DNA of 64,000 nt from a virus (lineage: Duplodnaviria; Caudoviricetes): IMG/VR virus record IMGVR_UViG_3300035492_000236; one strand, written 5' to 3'. Within the stretch, counting starts at the first letter, position 1, and each line of letters starts with the position of its first letter. A program made the position numbers and the translations under genes. The notes beneath the pieces are model-generated. The model ran no database searches, was not told the DNA's origin, and saw only the letters and a program-made list of their open reading frames with translations. This document shows, piece by piece, positions 17,915 to 27,589 of this stretch.

Positions 17915-18735
17915 GCGTTAAACTCCTCCGGCCAGCCACGGCGGATGGCGGCGGCAGACGTAGTCCGCACACTGCCGTACGCAGCCACCACAACCTTGCC
18001 ACCAGGACGGCTATAGCGCACACCATCTTCTTTGACGTCGTAGCTTTCGATGACGTCAATCACCCGACCTATGCCAAACGGGCCATACACGACATCACCA
18101 GGACACACTGAATCAAACGGGGTGGCGTCAGGACAAATGCTCAGTTCCGCCTGGGTCTTGGCAGCTTGCAGGAGGCGCCGGTAGGTCTCGGCTGACACAT
18201 GCAAGCTGACGTAGTTCCGACCAGAACTGAACGGGGTCTTCGGCTGGCCCCATTGATATTCTGTCATATGCAACTTGGCGAAGTCGTCTTCGTCCAGAGT
18301 GTGCACTTCTTCGCAGTTATCACACACCACATATGCCTTGAACGGCCCGATGTCAATCACGTCATCGTTCAGCTGACAGGTCAGGCTGTAGTTGAAAATG
18401 GACGGCTCCAGCTTAACCATTTCTTGGTCCAGGACGGTGCGGTAATCTATCTTCGCGGTGAGGTCGGCTAACTTAGCGTACGTCTCGGCCCCACATTCGA
18501 AGATCATCTCTTCGCCGAGCAGTTCATTGGCCGGCAAGCTATGGCCATTGCGCAATATTACCACCGCAACATCCATATCTTCGGAGTTGCGAACCTCTTT
18601 AACGGCGATCGTTTTGCCGCTGTTGCGCTTCGGTAGTGTGATATGAACCGGGATGATTTCATCAGCGATAGCGCGAGTGGCCACTTGCAGAGTGATGCTA
18701 TTTACGTCGGTTTTGTAAACGGGTTGTGCAGTCAT
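17908..18735 (-). CDS. Hypothetical protein (contains CDNC)
   Basis: Track ORF 17908-18846; MTAQPV at 18735 has a TTGGAG SD. Confidence 0.65.
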   Translation of the reverse strand: MTAQPVYKTDVNSITLQVATRAIADEIIPVHITLPKRNSGKTIAVKEVRNSEDMDVAVVILRNGHSLPANELLGEEMIFECGAETYAKLADLTAKIDYRTVLDQEMVKLEPSIFNYSLTCQLNDDVIDIGPFKAYVVCDNCEEVHTLDEDDFAKLHMTEYQWGQPKTPFSSGRNYVSLHVSAETYRRLLQAAKTQAELSICPDATPFDSVCPGDVVYGPFGIGRVIDVIESYDVKEDGVRYSRPGGKVVVAAYGSVRTTSAAAIRRGWPEEFNAC

Positions 18736-18781
18736 TGGGTTCTCCAAAATGAGGGAAGTGTCATTGAGTACGATGCGTATC

Positions 18782-19126
18782 TCACGTGGATGAAATATAC
18801 TTGAAAAGGTTTTGATTGTGGGGGGTGAGAGTGGGAATGTCAGCAACGCCTAATCGCAGCTCATACATGAAGGGGTGGCCAGGCACTGCTTTCAAATTAC
18901 TTGTACCTCGTTCTAACTCCAGGTGCCACCTGGCCTGGTTGTGGGTGACTCCATGGAGGTCGTTATCTCCGGCAAACAGCGTGGATAGATAGCCGTGAAT
19001 GTAAGTATTGAGATGGTTGACAGTCTCTTCATTGAGCACGTCACCGTCAAGCAGCTCTAGGGCTTGGAATAACGGCGTCTCTACCAGAACCTTCCACAGG
19101 TCCTGCTGGTTAGTGATTATCGACAT
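18782..19126 (-). CDS. Hypothetical protein
   Basis: 114-aa ORF with AGGAG SD. Confidence 0.6.
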   Translation of the reverse strand: MSIITNQQDLWKVLVETPLFQALELLDGDVLNEETVNHLNTYIHGYLSTLFAGDNDLHGVTHNQARWHLELERGTSNLKAVPGHPFMYELRLGVADIPTLTPHNQNLFKYISST

Positions 19127-19268
19127 GCAATTAACTCCTATAACGGCTCCAAGATAATGCAGTCATCAATTATTTTCAACAGCAAGTCCAGTTATCACAT
19201 GGAGTCTGTCACCTCCACAAGACTTTCGTTACAATACTTATGTTGACAACCGTTGAAATGGAGCATGC

Positions 19269-21032
19269 ATGAACTACGTTGTGGAATTACATAAACCGTC
19301 CACGACTTTGGTTCGCGAACTTTTCAACTTTCACAATGGCTCAGACTTTACGGCGGAACAACTGTACGCAGATGGTCCACCACAGGTGCTGAGTGACGGA
19401 CTGTACAACACCAGTCAACGCATGATCGTGAATGACCCGGAACTGGGACCGATCTTGCCATGGGCAACGATCAAGTACAACCGGATCGATATCGCTACGT
19501 TATTTAGCGTGGTGGAGATCAAGTTACGTGAGGTGGACATCAAGGCTGATGGCACCTACGATCATGCCTTGGTGTTGGGTGAAATTGCCCGCAAGTACGG
19601 TCTGGATAACAGTGAAGGCAAGTTCGTTATCAAAGACGTGAATGGGCAAGAGTCACTGGTAGCGACGGCTGATAACCCGGCATTCGTTGGACACTCCCCC
19701 CTGGTGGTGGAGTTGTCGCTGGATAGTCGAATCAGTCTGAAGGTACTGAATGGCTTCTATGCCTTGTTGGGACCATTTGGTCCGGGCGGTACGGACATCA
19801 CCTTCGGGGATGCCGAGCTGGGGTTCATTAACACTGTCCCCAGTAATGAATTGGTGACCGGTACGCAGTTAGCCCATTTGGTGGGATTGACTGTCGGTAC
19901 ACCAATCTACGAGAATAACGACGTTAACTGGATCAAGTACACCTATAAAGGAAAGATCTGCTACGTTGCGCAAAAGCCCATTCGCCACTCTGTCAGTTAC
20001 AATGACCTGCTGGCAGTCGGTGTGGCTGGAGCTACTCCTAAGATCGTAGTGATCGGGGAAGATGTATTTCGTGTACGACTGATGCATGGTGTCGGGGACT
20101 CTGAATTGGGGTATAGCAGCCCAGGTACTGATAATCCAGCGACGCATGGCTCTGAATGGAACCAAGTGATGTATCGATTGAGTGCTGACACTGTCAGCAC
20201 TGCCTCGGAGCAGCCGTATGATCCTTGGCTTACCTTGAGCAATGGTGAATTGGGTACTGGTTACTGGTCACACATTGAAGGTTCGGTCGTTGGACATCCC
20301 TACCCAGCACTTTATCGAGGGTATGGGAGTATTGCTGGAAACTCCAGCAATACTCTAGCGTACAAGGCCACTACAGTAGCCTGGCGACCCGTCCTCGAGA
20401 TCGTCGACAAGTCGCTGATCTGGATGTCAGCTGAGATCACTCGAATTCGGTCTACGTTCCTGTATAAGCCTGGTGCTCTGACCACTCAATCGGAAGACCC
20501 CATCATCAACACCCTGATGGCTGCGTTTGATAACTACACCTACGTGGATGCGTTATTGAACCCGTACGGGACTGACAGTGTAGACCCTGAGCTGATGGTA
20601 GTGCCCTGCATACCAGAAGGTGAGTTCTGTGACAGCATCATCACGCCGACAGTCTTTGACTTGTCTAACGATGAGCCTACGCATGATCTCTACGTCATTG
20701 CGCCAGTTGCTGTAACGTACACTTACTACCAGCCCAGCATTGATCTGACCGTGTCTGAATCGGTGCCGTACATTCCTGGTGTCATCAGCTTGACTGAAGC
20801 CGACATCATCACACCTAGTACTTTTACTGGCACAGAAGTGTATGATCTGGATGCCATTTCACGCCCCTACAATCCGCTGATCAGTAGCTGGTTCTTCCTC
20901 CCAGTCGAGCTGGAGCTGTCGGCTGATGTAGAAGGCGAAATCACTCAAGTGAGTCAGCTGCTGTACGCCACCAGCGACTTCCTGCAACACCCCACTGAAC
21001 CTACTTACGTTTCTAATGAGGATACACCATGA
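19269..21032 (+). CDS. Virion adaptor plus lectin-like (WRPVLE) domain plus acidic P/T-rich tail; putative tail fibre or appendage
   Basis: Same N-terminal adaptor as the Kelch genes; central domain matches the second domain of 23005-24702; TATG promoter upstream. Confidence 0.75.
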   Translation: MNYVVELHKPSTTLVRELFNFHNGSDFTAEQLYADGPPQVLSDGLYNTSQRMIVNDPELGPILPWATIKYNRIDIATLFSVVEIKLREVDIKADGTYDHALVLGEIARKYGLDNSEGKFVIKDVNGQESLVATADNPAFVGHSPLVVELSLDSRISLKVLNGFYALLGPFGPGGTDITFGDAELGFINTVPSNELVTGTQLAHLVGLTVGTPIYENNDVNWIKYTYKGKICYVAQKPIRHSVSYNDLLAVGVAGATPKIVVIGEDVFRVRLMHGVGDSELGYSSPGTDNPATHGSEWNQVMYRLSADTVSTASEQPYDPWLTLSNGELGTGYWSHIEGSVVGHPYPALYRGYGSIAGNSSNTLAYKATTVAWRPVLEIVDKSLIWMSAEITRIRSTFLYKPGALTTQSEDPIINTLMAAFDNYTYVDALLNPYGTDSVDPELMVVPCIPEGEFCDSIITPTVFDLSNDEPTHDLYVIAPVAVTYTYYQPSIDLTVSESVPYIPGVISLTEADIITPSTFTGTEVYDLDAISRPYNPLISSWFFLPVELELSADVEGEITQVSQLLYATSDFLQHPTEPTYVSNEDTP

Positions 21033-21997
21033 AAGTTACCGTAAAATGGACCAACCGTAACGCTGCGGCTGAAGGTCACCGCATCTATAAGTCCACCGCT
21101 CCGATCGACCCCGATAACCTGCCAGCGGTACTGACCACTGTCGGACCTGCGGTCACTGAATATGTCGATACCGACGTGGTGCGCGGCACCCGCTACTACT
21201 ACCGCGTCGGCACTTTCCAAGGTACCGACTTCGCGCTGTCTACCGAGATGGAAGTAGAGGCGGTACCTTACACTGGACCTGGTGTCGCTGAACCGGTCTA
21301 CGGTGACTACGAGAACGGCTTCTTCGGCATCCTCGAAGCCTACGAACTGGTCTCCGGCCCTGAACTGAAGAGCCTGATCAATCACACCCTGTCTGCTGGC
21401 GATCCCGCCCAGCGCTGGGTGAAGGTCGCACATAAAGGCAAGATCCTGTTTGTGCCGATGGATGTGAGCTTCGGCCGACACACCTGGCAGCAGATTTACC
21501 AAAACGGTCTAATCTACGGCGTTGATGGCAACGGCCCGGCAGAAGCGGTCACTGCCAACGGTGAAGTTGGCGTCAACCAGCTGAAGACCTTCAGCAAGTT
21601 TGGTAGCACCTTTAAGGTGCGTAGCCTGAAAGGCCTGCCCGATACTGGCGTGTTTGGCTGGGATGGGAATCGTGCTGAGCGCCCTGCCGGGTTGGAGCTG
21701 TCTGAGTATAATCAGGTGATGACCCGGATCGCGTACGGCCTGTATGGTGAGGGTATGGGCATCTCCATCGACGGCCTGACTCCGATCACTATGAGTACCA
21801 CCAGCTATGGCGACGCTGCCAGCATCTGTCAGGAGCTGCTGAATGGCAACGCCATCCAACGTTCTCTCCGTTGGAACAACCTGGACGTGATGGGCGCTGC
21901 CCACAGCATTCCAGTGTCTAGTGGTAGCACTGGTACCGGTCTGCCCGGAACCACCTACGCGCGCTGGAAGCCGGTTCTGGAACTCATCGACAACTAA
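21029..21997 (+). CDS. Fn3-like domain plus lectin-like domain, paralog A
   Basis: W-x-N...GHRIYKS...YVD...YYYRV Fn3 pattern; domain from GDYENGFFG to WKPVLEL. Confidence 0.75.
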   Translation: MKVTVKWTNRNAAAEGHRIYKSTAPIDPDNLPAVLTTVGPAVTEYVDTDVVRGTRYYYRVGTFQGTDFALSTEMEVEAVPYTGPGVAEPVYGDYENGFFGILEAYELVSGPELKSLINHTLSAGDPAQRWVKVAHKGKILFVPMDVSFGRHTWQQIYQNGLIYGVDGNGPAEAVTANGEVGVNQLKTFSKFGSTFKVRSLKGLPDTGVFGWDGNRAERPAGLELSEYNQVMTRIAYGLYGEGMGISIDGLTPITMSTTSYGDAASICQELLNGNAIQRSLRWNNLDVMGAAHSIPVSSGSTGTGLPGTTYARWKPVLELIDN

Positions 21998-22606
21998 GCA
22001 CTAACGAGGCACGTACATGAAAATCACTGTAACTTGGGTGAACCGTAACGCGAATGCTGACGGTCACCACATCTACCGTTCCACGACTCCGATCAGTGCC
22101 GATGCGTTGCCGACCCCTCTGGCTAGCGTGCCTGGTTCCGCCACCCAGTACGTTGACACCAACGTCAAACGGGGCGATAAGTTCTACTATCGAGTCGGTA
22201 CATACAAGGGGGCGGACTTCGCCCTCTCCACCGAGATGCAAGGCACGGCGCTGCCGCATTCTGGACCCGGTCCTGCTGAATTGCTGTATGGGGATTATGA
22301 AGCGGGCTACTTTGGCGTATTGGAGGCCCATGAACTGGTCTCTGGCCCTGAGCTGAAAAACTTGCTGGGACACCAGCTTAATGCCGGCGCCGCCGATCAA
22401 AAATGGGCCAAAGTGGCCCATAAAGGCAAGATCCTGTACATTCCACTCGGTAGTGGCTTTGGCTACCCGACCTGGCAACAGCTCTACCAAAACGGTTTGG
22501 TGTACGGTACGGATGATGATGGTCCCGCCGCCGCAGTCTCTCTGAATGGCGTTGGCGTCAACCAGCTGAAGACCTTCAGCAAGTTTGGTAGCACCTTTAA
22601 GGTGCG
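21566..22606 (+). repeat. 56-bp perfect direct repeat (21566-21621 and 22551-22606)
   Basis: gttggcgtcaaccagctgaagaccttcagcaagtttggtagcacctttaaggtgcg is identical in paralogs A and B. Confidence 0.9.
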
Positions 22607-22994
22607 CTGTTTGAAGGGTGCGCCAGATGACGGCATCTTCGGCTACGTCGGCCCTAATGGTGACTGGGCGCCAGTTGGCCTCGAGGATTCCGAGTTCAAC
22701 CACACCATTCTCCGGATGGCGTTCGGCATCTACGAAGGCAAACACGGGATTGTCATCCCTGGCGTTACTGCTGCTGATATCGGTGCGCCTAACTACCAGT
22801 ACGGTACAGTACGCTGTCAAGAGTTGCTGGAGGGCGGCAGATCACTGGTCCGCGGTTTTTATAACTACGTGGGCGGTAATTTCCCCAACTTCGGTGCGGC
22901 CACCACCACTGCGTTCAACTCTGGCGTTGCTGCTGCCCTTGGAGGCACCACGTATGCGATGTGGCGACCGGTCCTGGAACTGATGGACAACTAA
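22017..22994 (+). CDS. Fn3-like domain plus lectin-like domain, paralog B
   Basis: Collinear with paralog A; ends WRPVLELMDN. Confidence 0.75.
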   Translation: MKITVTWVNRNANADGHHIYRSTTPISADALPTPLASVPGSATQYVDTNVKRGDKFYYRVGTYKGADFALSTEMQGTALPHSGPGPAELLYGDYEAGYFGVLEAHELVSGPELKNLLGHQLNAGAADQKWAKVAHKGKILYIPLGSGFGYPTWQQLYQNGLVYGTDDDGPAAAVSLNGVGVNQLKTFSKFGSTFKVRCLKGAPDDGIFGYVGPNGDWAPVGLEDSEFNHTILRMAFGIYEGKHGIVIPGVTAADIGAPNYQYGTVRCQELLEGGRSLVRGFYNYVGGNFPNFGAATTTAFNSGVAAALGGTTYAMWRPVLELMDN

Positions 22995-23004
22995 GAGGTA
23001 ATAA

Positions 23005-24702
23005 ATGCGAATCACGATTAGTTGGGTGAATCGCAACGCGTTTGCTGAAGGGCATCGAGTGTATCGGTCAACTGCACCTATCGATACCAATGCCCTTCCT
23101 GCGCCGATTGCGACCCTGGCGGCTGCGGCCGCCACTTATCACGACACCACCGTGGTTCGCGGTGAGACGTACTACTACCGTATCGGTACCTATAAAGGTA
23201 GCGAAATGGTATTCACCGCGAACATGAAAGCCATTGCACTACCAAACACCGGACCTGGTCCAAAAGACCTCGTGGCGGGTGACTTCAATGCAGGCTACTT
23301 CGGCATTCTGGAAGCACATCAGTTAGTTAGTGGTCCCGAGCTGAAAACACTGCTCGGACACACCCTGACCGCCGGTGCCACCGGACAACGATGGGCCAAG
23401 GTAGCCCACCAGGGTAAGATCCTGTTCGTACCGATAGGATATCAGTTCGGCTTTCACACTTGGCAGCAGCTGTATGCGCAGGGCTTGGTGTACGGAACGG
23501 ACAGCGTCGGTCCTGCTGAAGCGGTTGCTGCTAACGGCGGCGTTGGCGTCAATCAGTTGAAGACGTTCAGTAAAGACAACTTTACCTATAAGGTTAGGCT
23601 GCTTAAGGGTCTGCCTGAAGGTCCGTACAGTTGGAACGGGTCAGAAACTGTGAACCCTGACTTCGGTGACTCTGAATTCAACCAAGTCATGCTCCGACTG
23701 GCATACGGTATTTATGGCAACGAAATGGTTGGTAACCTAACAGGACTAACGCCGAGTACATTGACCTACTCGCAAACCAACTACGCTGCAACGCTCTGTC
23801 AGGACATACACACTAATGGTAAGGCGGTAATCCGCGCCCTACGTCGATACAACTCCGGATACGCCGGAAGTAGTCTGTACTACTATTGGTACGATGACAT
23901 CATGGGTGGAGCTACTACGGTCGCCACTAATGCGAGTAGTGTCAATGCGTTCTCCCACACCGCTTATACCGTCTGGCGTCCCATCCTAGAGTTGGTCCCG
24001 CCAGAACCTGTGACCGAGCCTGAGCCGGAGACACCGCCAGCTGGATCTAACCCTGACGGGGCAGGTAGCACTGTACTGGCTGCCGGCGATGTGCAGCTCG
24101 GTTACTACGAGACCTTGGCAGTCGAAAGTCTGGTTTCAGGTACTGAGTTGGCCAGTCTGGTCGGACTTACCGCTGGTGATCCGATCGTGGCTAATGATGA
24201 TGTTAACTGGATCAAGTACTCATTCGAAGGCAAGACCCGCTACGTGGCCCAAAAGCCGATCCGTAACAACTTGTCTGCCGACGAGTTGATTGCCGCTGGG
24301 CTGACTGGTGATGTTGAGACCACCGTCATCATCGGTGACAGCACGTATCGTGTGACGCTGATGGAGGGTGCCAACCCGACATTGACCGAGTACACAGGTG
24401 CTGGCAACGATACTGAATCCACTCATAACTCTGAGTGGAACCAGGTGATGTACCGTCTGTATTCTGGTAGCGACACTATTGCGTCGGAAGAACCACTCAC
24501 TCCGTGGGCTGCGTTGACCAACGCCGACCTTGACACCAACTACTACTGCTTCACTCGTGGTAAGGTATTTGGTCGTCCGGCGAACACCATGATCGCTCGC
24601 GGTTACGGTACGGTTTCGCATATCGCCAGTCTGCTGAACGAATCCAAGGTGCCTGCCAACGCCTGGCGTCCGGTACTGGAACTGGTGGTTCCTGAAGCAT
24701 AG
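23005..24702 (+). CDS. Fn3-like domain plus two lectin-like domains, paralog C
   Basis: Paralog A/B architecture, a PEP linker, then a second domain homologous to that in 19269-21032. Confidence 0.75.
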   Translation: MRITISWVNRNAFAEGHRVYRSTAPIDTNALPAPIATLAAAAATYHDTTVVRGETYYYRIGTYKGSEMVFTANMKAIALPNTGPGPKDLVAGDFNAGYFGILEAHQLVSGPELKTLLGHTLTAGATGQRWAKVAHQGKILFVPIGYQFGFHTWQQLYAQGLVYGTDSVGPAEAVAANGGVGVNQLKTFSKDNFTYKVRLLKGLPEGPYSWNGSETVNPDFGDSEFNQVMLRLAYGIYGNEMVGNLTGLTPSTLTYSQTNYAATLCQDIHTNGKAVIRALRRYNSGYAGSSLYYYWYDDIMGGATTVATNASSVNAFSHTAYTVWRPILELVPPEPVTEPEPETPPAGSNPDGAGSTVLAAGDVQLGYYETLAVESLVSGTELASLVGLTAGDPIVANDDVNWIKYSFEGKTRYVAQKPIRNNLSADELIAAGLTGDVETTVIIGDSTYRVTLMEGANPTLTEYTGAGNDTESTHNSEWNQVMYRLYSGSDTIASEEPLTPWAALTNADLDTNYYCFTRGKVFGRPANTMIARGYGTVSHIASLLNESKVPANAWRPVLELVVPEA

Positions 24703-24704
24703 CG

Positions 24705-24752
24705 CAAAAAAAAAGCATAGTACCAGGAGGGTGGCGCAAGCCACCCTCCTGC
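24705..24752. terminator. Terminator between convergent blocks
   Basis: CAGGAGGGTGGC-GCAA-GCCACCCTCCTG stem with a nearby A9 tract. Confidence 0.75.
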
Positions 24753-24763
24753 TTATGTGCCTG

Positions 24764-24853
24764 TCACAGTTCGTCAGCAATGATCGCCTGAGCACCCACA
24801 ATGCCTTCATCCAGTTGCTGCGGTTGGTTCAGGTGATATTCATTCAGTTGCAT
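24764..24853 (-). CDS. Possible 29-aa small ORF
   Basis: MQLNEYHLNQPQQLDEGIVGAQAIIADEL with AAGGA SD, overlapping the upstream stop. Confidence 0.35.
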   Translation of the reverse strand: MQLNEYHLNQPQQLDEGIVGAQAIIADEL

Positions 24854-25166
24854 GATTAGTTCCTTCTTGCGAGTTGGAGGTGTCGGCATGGTCCGGCACC
24901 AGCTTGGGTCCTTCAATGAGCCGGCTACTGGCATCAATGAAGTCGTAAATGTGGTCGGGCGACATTTCCTCTGTAGGTAATGTCAGATAAACGTCGTGGG
25001 CACTGCTCCCTTGTGACTCGCCACGGTACGTCAAATGTGGCCACTCACGTTTTTGCATGACGACGGACCCATCGCTCAGTTTGATAACAAGCAATTGAAT
25101 ACTGTCGTCATAATCGTCTTGACACACTTTGACGATCTGTCCTTTACCTACAGTACGTTCTGTCAT
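24840..25166 (-). CDS. Hypothetical protein
   Basis: MTERTV start at 25166 with GGAGG SD. Confidence 0.6.
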   Translation of the reverse strand: MTERTVGKGQIVKVCQDDYDDSIQLLVIKLSDGSVVMQKREWPHLTYRGESQGSSAHDVYLTLPTEEMSPDHIYDFIDASSRLIEGPKLVPDHADTSNSQEGTNHATE

Positions 25167-25191
25167 AACCCCTCCAAAAAACTTGGGTAGC

Positions 25192-25566
25192 TTATTCCAT
25201 GTAATGGTGGTACCAAGACTCGCGCACCAGGAAATACGTCCGATTAGGCCAGCGGACCCGCTGCGCAATAGTAACGCCGAGCGCATCCGTGTACTCAATG
25301 AGCAGCGGCTGATCAAAATGCAGGTTGGTGACGTTGTGGTTCAGGACCGGTTCGCACATGTCGAGAAAGTCTCTGAACTCGTCCTCATCCACCTCGATGT
25401 ACTCACCATCATCCAGCCGTGCTTTGACCCAGTCACCAACACGGAATTTATGCCAAGTGTAATAACCGAAAGTCATGAGGAGTGCGGCAAATGCCAACCA
25501 ACCAGATGATGCGTACATATAAGTCTCCTTAACGGGAATGGTTAATTCTACATATAATAGCACCAT
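25192..25566 (-). CDS. Membrane-anchored hypothetical protein
   Basis: TM segment GWLAFAALLMTFGYYTW. Confidence 0.6.
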   Translation of the reverse strand: MVLLYVELTIPVKETYMYASSGWLAFAALLMTFGYYTWHKFRVGDWVKARLDDGEYIEVDEDEFRDFLDMCEPVLNHNVTNLHFDQPLLIEYTDALGVTIAQRVRWPNRTYFLVRESWYHHYME

Positions 25567-25578
25567 CTTGGTTATTTT

Positions 25579-26403
25579 TTAGCCTATCTTGGTCCCTGCG
25601 GACCGGTCAGGGTGTGACGTCACTGCCGGTTTTGTGGTGTTTGGGATGGGGCTGGTCGGGTACGATGAAGGCTTCCTCAAATAGTCCGCATAACGGTCCA
25701 TCCACTGATTCACATAGCTGCGGGATACCGGGAACGGATACTGGTTGTAGTTGTAACCTACGTTAACTGCGCCATTAGCCACCACCAGTCCGGGATTATA
25801 CCACCAACCAGCGCTGTGACCATGCTCAACCGAGTCGCGAATTTCATCGCCATGATACACACTTAAATGAACTTCCACGGAGGCAAACCCGCGGTTGTCG
25901 TGCCATGTCCCGTCCCAGGCTTTAGTTCCTTGGTTCCATGAGTTGATATAAGAGATAACCTTACCATTTGATAGGAGTGTGCGACGAGTGCCGTCCTGCA
26001 TTACCCCCACCACAGTAGCCCAAATATCGCCACTAATTGCCCCACGGTCAGGTCCGGCAGGGCCGCCGCGACGTACGTCACATGACGTAATACGTACATA
26101 CGCAGTTCTTACCCCACCCATCTCTTCATGTACCATCGTGTAGTTCGTCGTGCGTCTAGGCTGACTCGGATACCTGCCGAGGATATGATGCATTTCTCTA
26201 GCACGGATACGCGTGGCACCATCCAGACTAGACAACCACGCACCATTGGGCTTGCTCAACACCGGCAAAAACTCCACCGATTTAAAGTTGCTGGACTTAC
26301 CCAGGACATCGCTACCTGCCCGCGTGACCCAGGCAGGCATACTCGTCCCCACTGTGACAGTCGACACTGCGGCGCCGATCTTCGAAAACTGACTCTCTGC
26401 CAT
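25579..26403 (-). CDS. Putative late/virion protein, paralog of 6148-7272
   Basis: MAESQ start with AAGGAG SD and TATG upstream; shared motifs with 6148-7272. Confidence 0.7.
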   Translation of the reverse strand: MAESQFSKIGAAVSTVTVGTSMPAWVTRAGSDVLGKSSNFKSVEFLPVLSKPNGAWLSSLDGATRIRAREMHHILGRYPSQPRRTTNYTMVHEEMGGVRTAYVRITSCDVRRGGPAGPDRGAISGDIWATVVGVMQDGTRRTLLSNGKVISYINSWNQGTKAWDGTWHDNRGFASVEVHLSVYHGDEIRDSVEHGHSAGWWYNPGLVVANGAVNVGYNYNQYPFPVSRSYVNQWMDRYADYLRKPSSYPTSPIPNTTKPAVTSHPDRSAGTKIG

Positions 26404-26477
26404 TGCAAACTCCTTCGTTGTAGGTCGATACCATACGATGTCACAAAAAAAAAAGAGGGCCGAAGCCCTCTTCTTAA

Positions 26478-27503
26478 TTAGTGTCGTGCCAAAGTGCCGT
26501 CTACGATAGCCGCATTTGGATGTTCGGCAAGGTATTGCTCCATGACAGCGTGGCAAGCTTTAGCCAAGTCGGCTGGCAGCTTCCGACAGGTAGCGTCGTC
26601 ATCAACAGAGTTCAGGCGATCGTGGACGCGACCTCGCAGCAGCATTGCTTGAATATCGCGAATCACCCTACGGGAGCCGCGGTTAAATTCAAAAGGACCT
26701 AAGCGACCTGTTAACATACAATGCAACGGCGTATGCGTCGTGTCGTCAAAGGACCAACCCGTCATCGAGATCGTGTTCCGATCGATTAATAGCGCGGCTA
26801 TTAATTCATCCGTTTCGGTTAACTTGGCCGACTTAAACGCAAAGTCCAACATCCGACCAATTTCACGGGCTGTGGCATACACATCGCCAGCCAACGTCAT
26901 GAATGTGGAGCTACACAAACCCAAATTCAACCCCGCCAGGTACCGATCGCCATATTTAAGGTAACTAGGCACGATTTGGCTGAGGATTGGTTTCTCTGTA
27001 ACCGCCACATCATGCAACAACGTGTGTGGGGTTCGCATTGCAACGAGACCGGCCTGAATTCCAGCCCAATGTCGAAACGGGACAGGATCCGCCTCGCGAC
27101 GTAACATAGCACCATAGACATACATACACCATGTCACATAACGAGCTGCTTCTTCTGGAGCGGTCACACTGTACCATGCATATACCTCGTTAAGTTGCTC
27201 GCGGAACGACTCCACACTTGCAGGGAACCTGGCATCGGTCACTTGGAGTGCAGTGACATACCCACGATCCTCAGACTCGTCGGCACGTACATACATAGCA
27301 GTGGGAATAAACGTTCTCAAGAACTGGTCGCGGTTACGGCGATGTGGCGTCATCATCGACACCCCAACGGTTTCGATCATGTTCTGCCAGCCAGTCCAGA
27401 GTCGTTCGGCAATAATGCCCTCGTACGACGTATCAAACTCACAGCGGTAAAATTGCTCAACCACTTCACGGACGTTGATAGTAATGCGGGTTTGTTTAGA
27501 CAT
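26478..27503 (-). CDS. Hypothetical protein, tandem paralog 1
   Basis: RITIN...GIIAERLWTGWQNMIET...TPHR...FIP matches 27590-28648. Confidence 0.75.
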   Translation of the reverse strand: MSKQTRITINVREVVEQFYRCEFDTSYEGIIAERLWTGWQNMIETVGVSMMTPHRRNRDQFLRTFIPTAMYVRADESEDRGYVTALQVTDARFPASVESFREQLNEVYAWYSVTAPEEAARYVTWCMYVYGAMLRREADPVPFRHWAGIQAGLVAMRTPHTLLHDVAVTEKPILSQIVPSYLKYGDRYLAGLNLGLCSSTFMTLAGDVYATAREIGRMLDFAFKSAKLTETDELIAALLIDRNTISMTGWSFDDTTHTPLHCMLTGRLGPFEFNRGSRRVIRDIQAMLLRGRVHDRLNSVDDDATCRKLPADLAKACHAVMEQYLAEHPNAAIVDGTLARH

Positions 27504-27589
27504 GGTAGTATTTCCTTTTTTAGGTTTGTGGTCGCCTATTATAGTCCCCGGCGACCGGCATGGGGAGACATAAATGTCAGTTGATCACA

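Noticed and set aside
16108-18541. 14-bp exact repeat ttggccggcaagct in two genes
   Set aside because: Several 14-bp matches are expected by chance in 64 kb; no flanking similarity
19269-24702. Diversity-generating retroelement acting on the lectin-like domains
   Set aside because: No reverse transcriptase and no template repeat in the window; differences between paralog 3' ends are not adenine-specific and include indels
19126-24840. Invertible segment explaining the plus-strand orientation
   Set aside because: No flanking inverted repeats seen and no recombinase in the window
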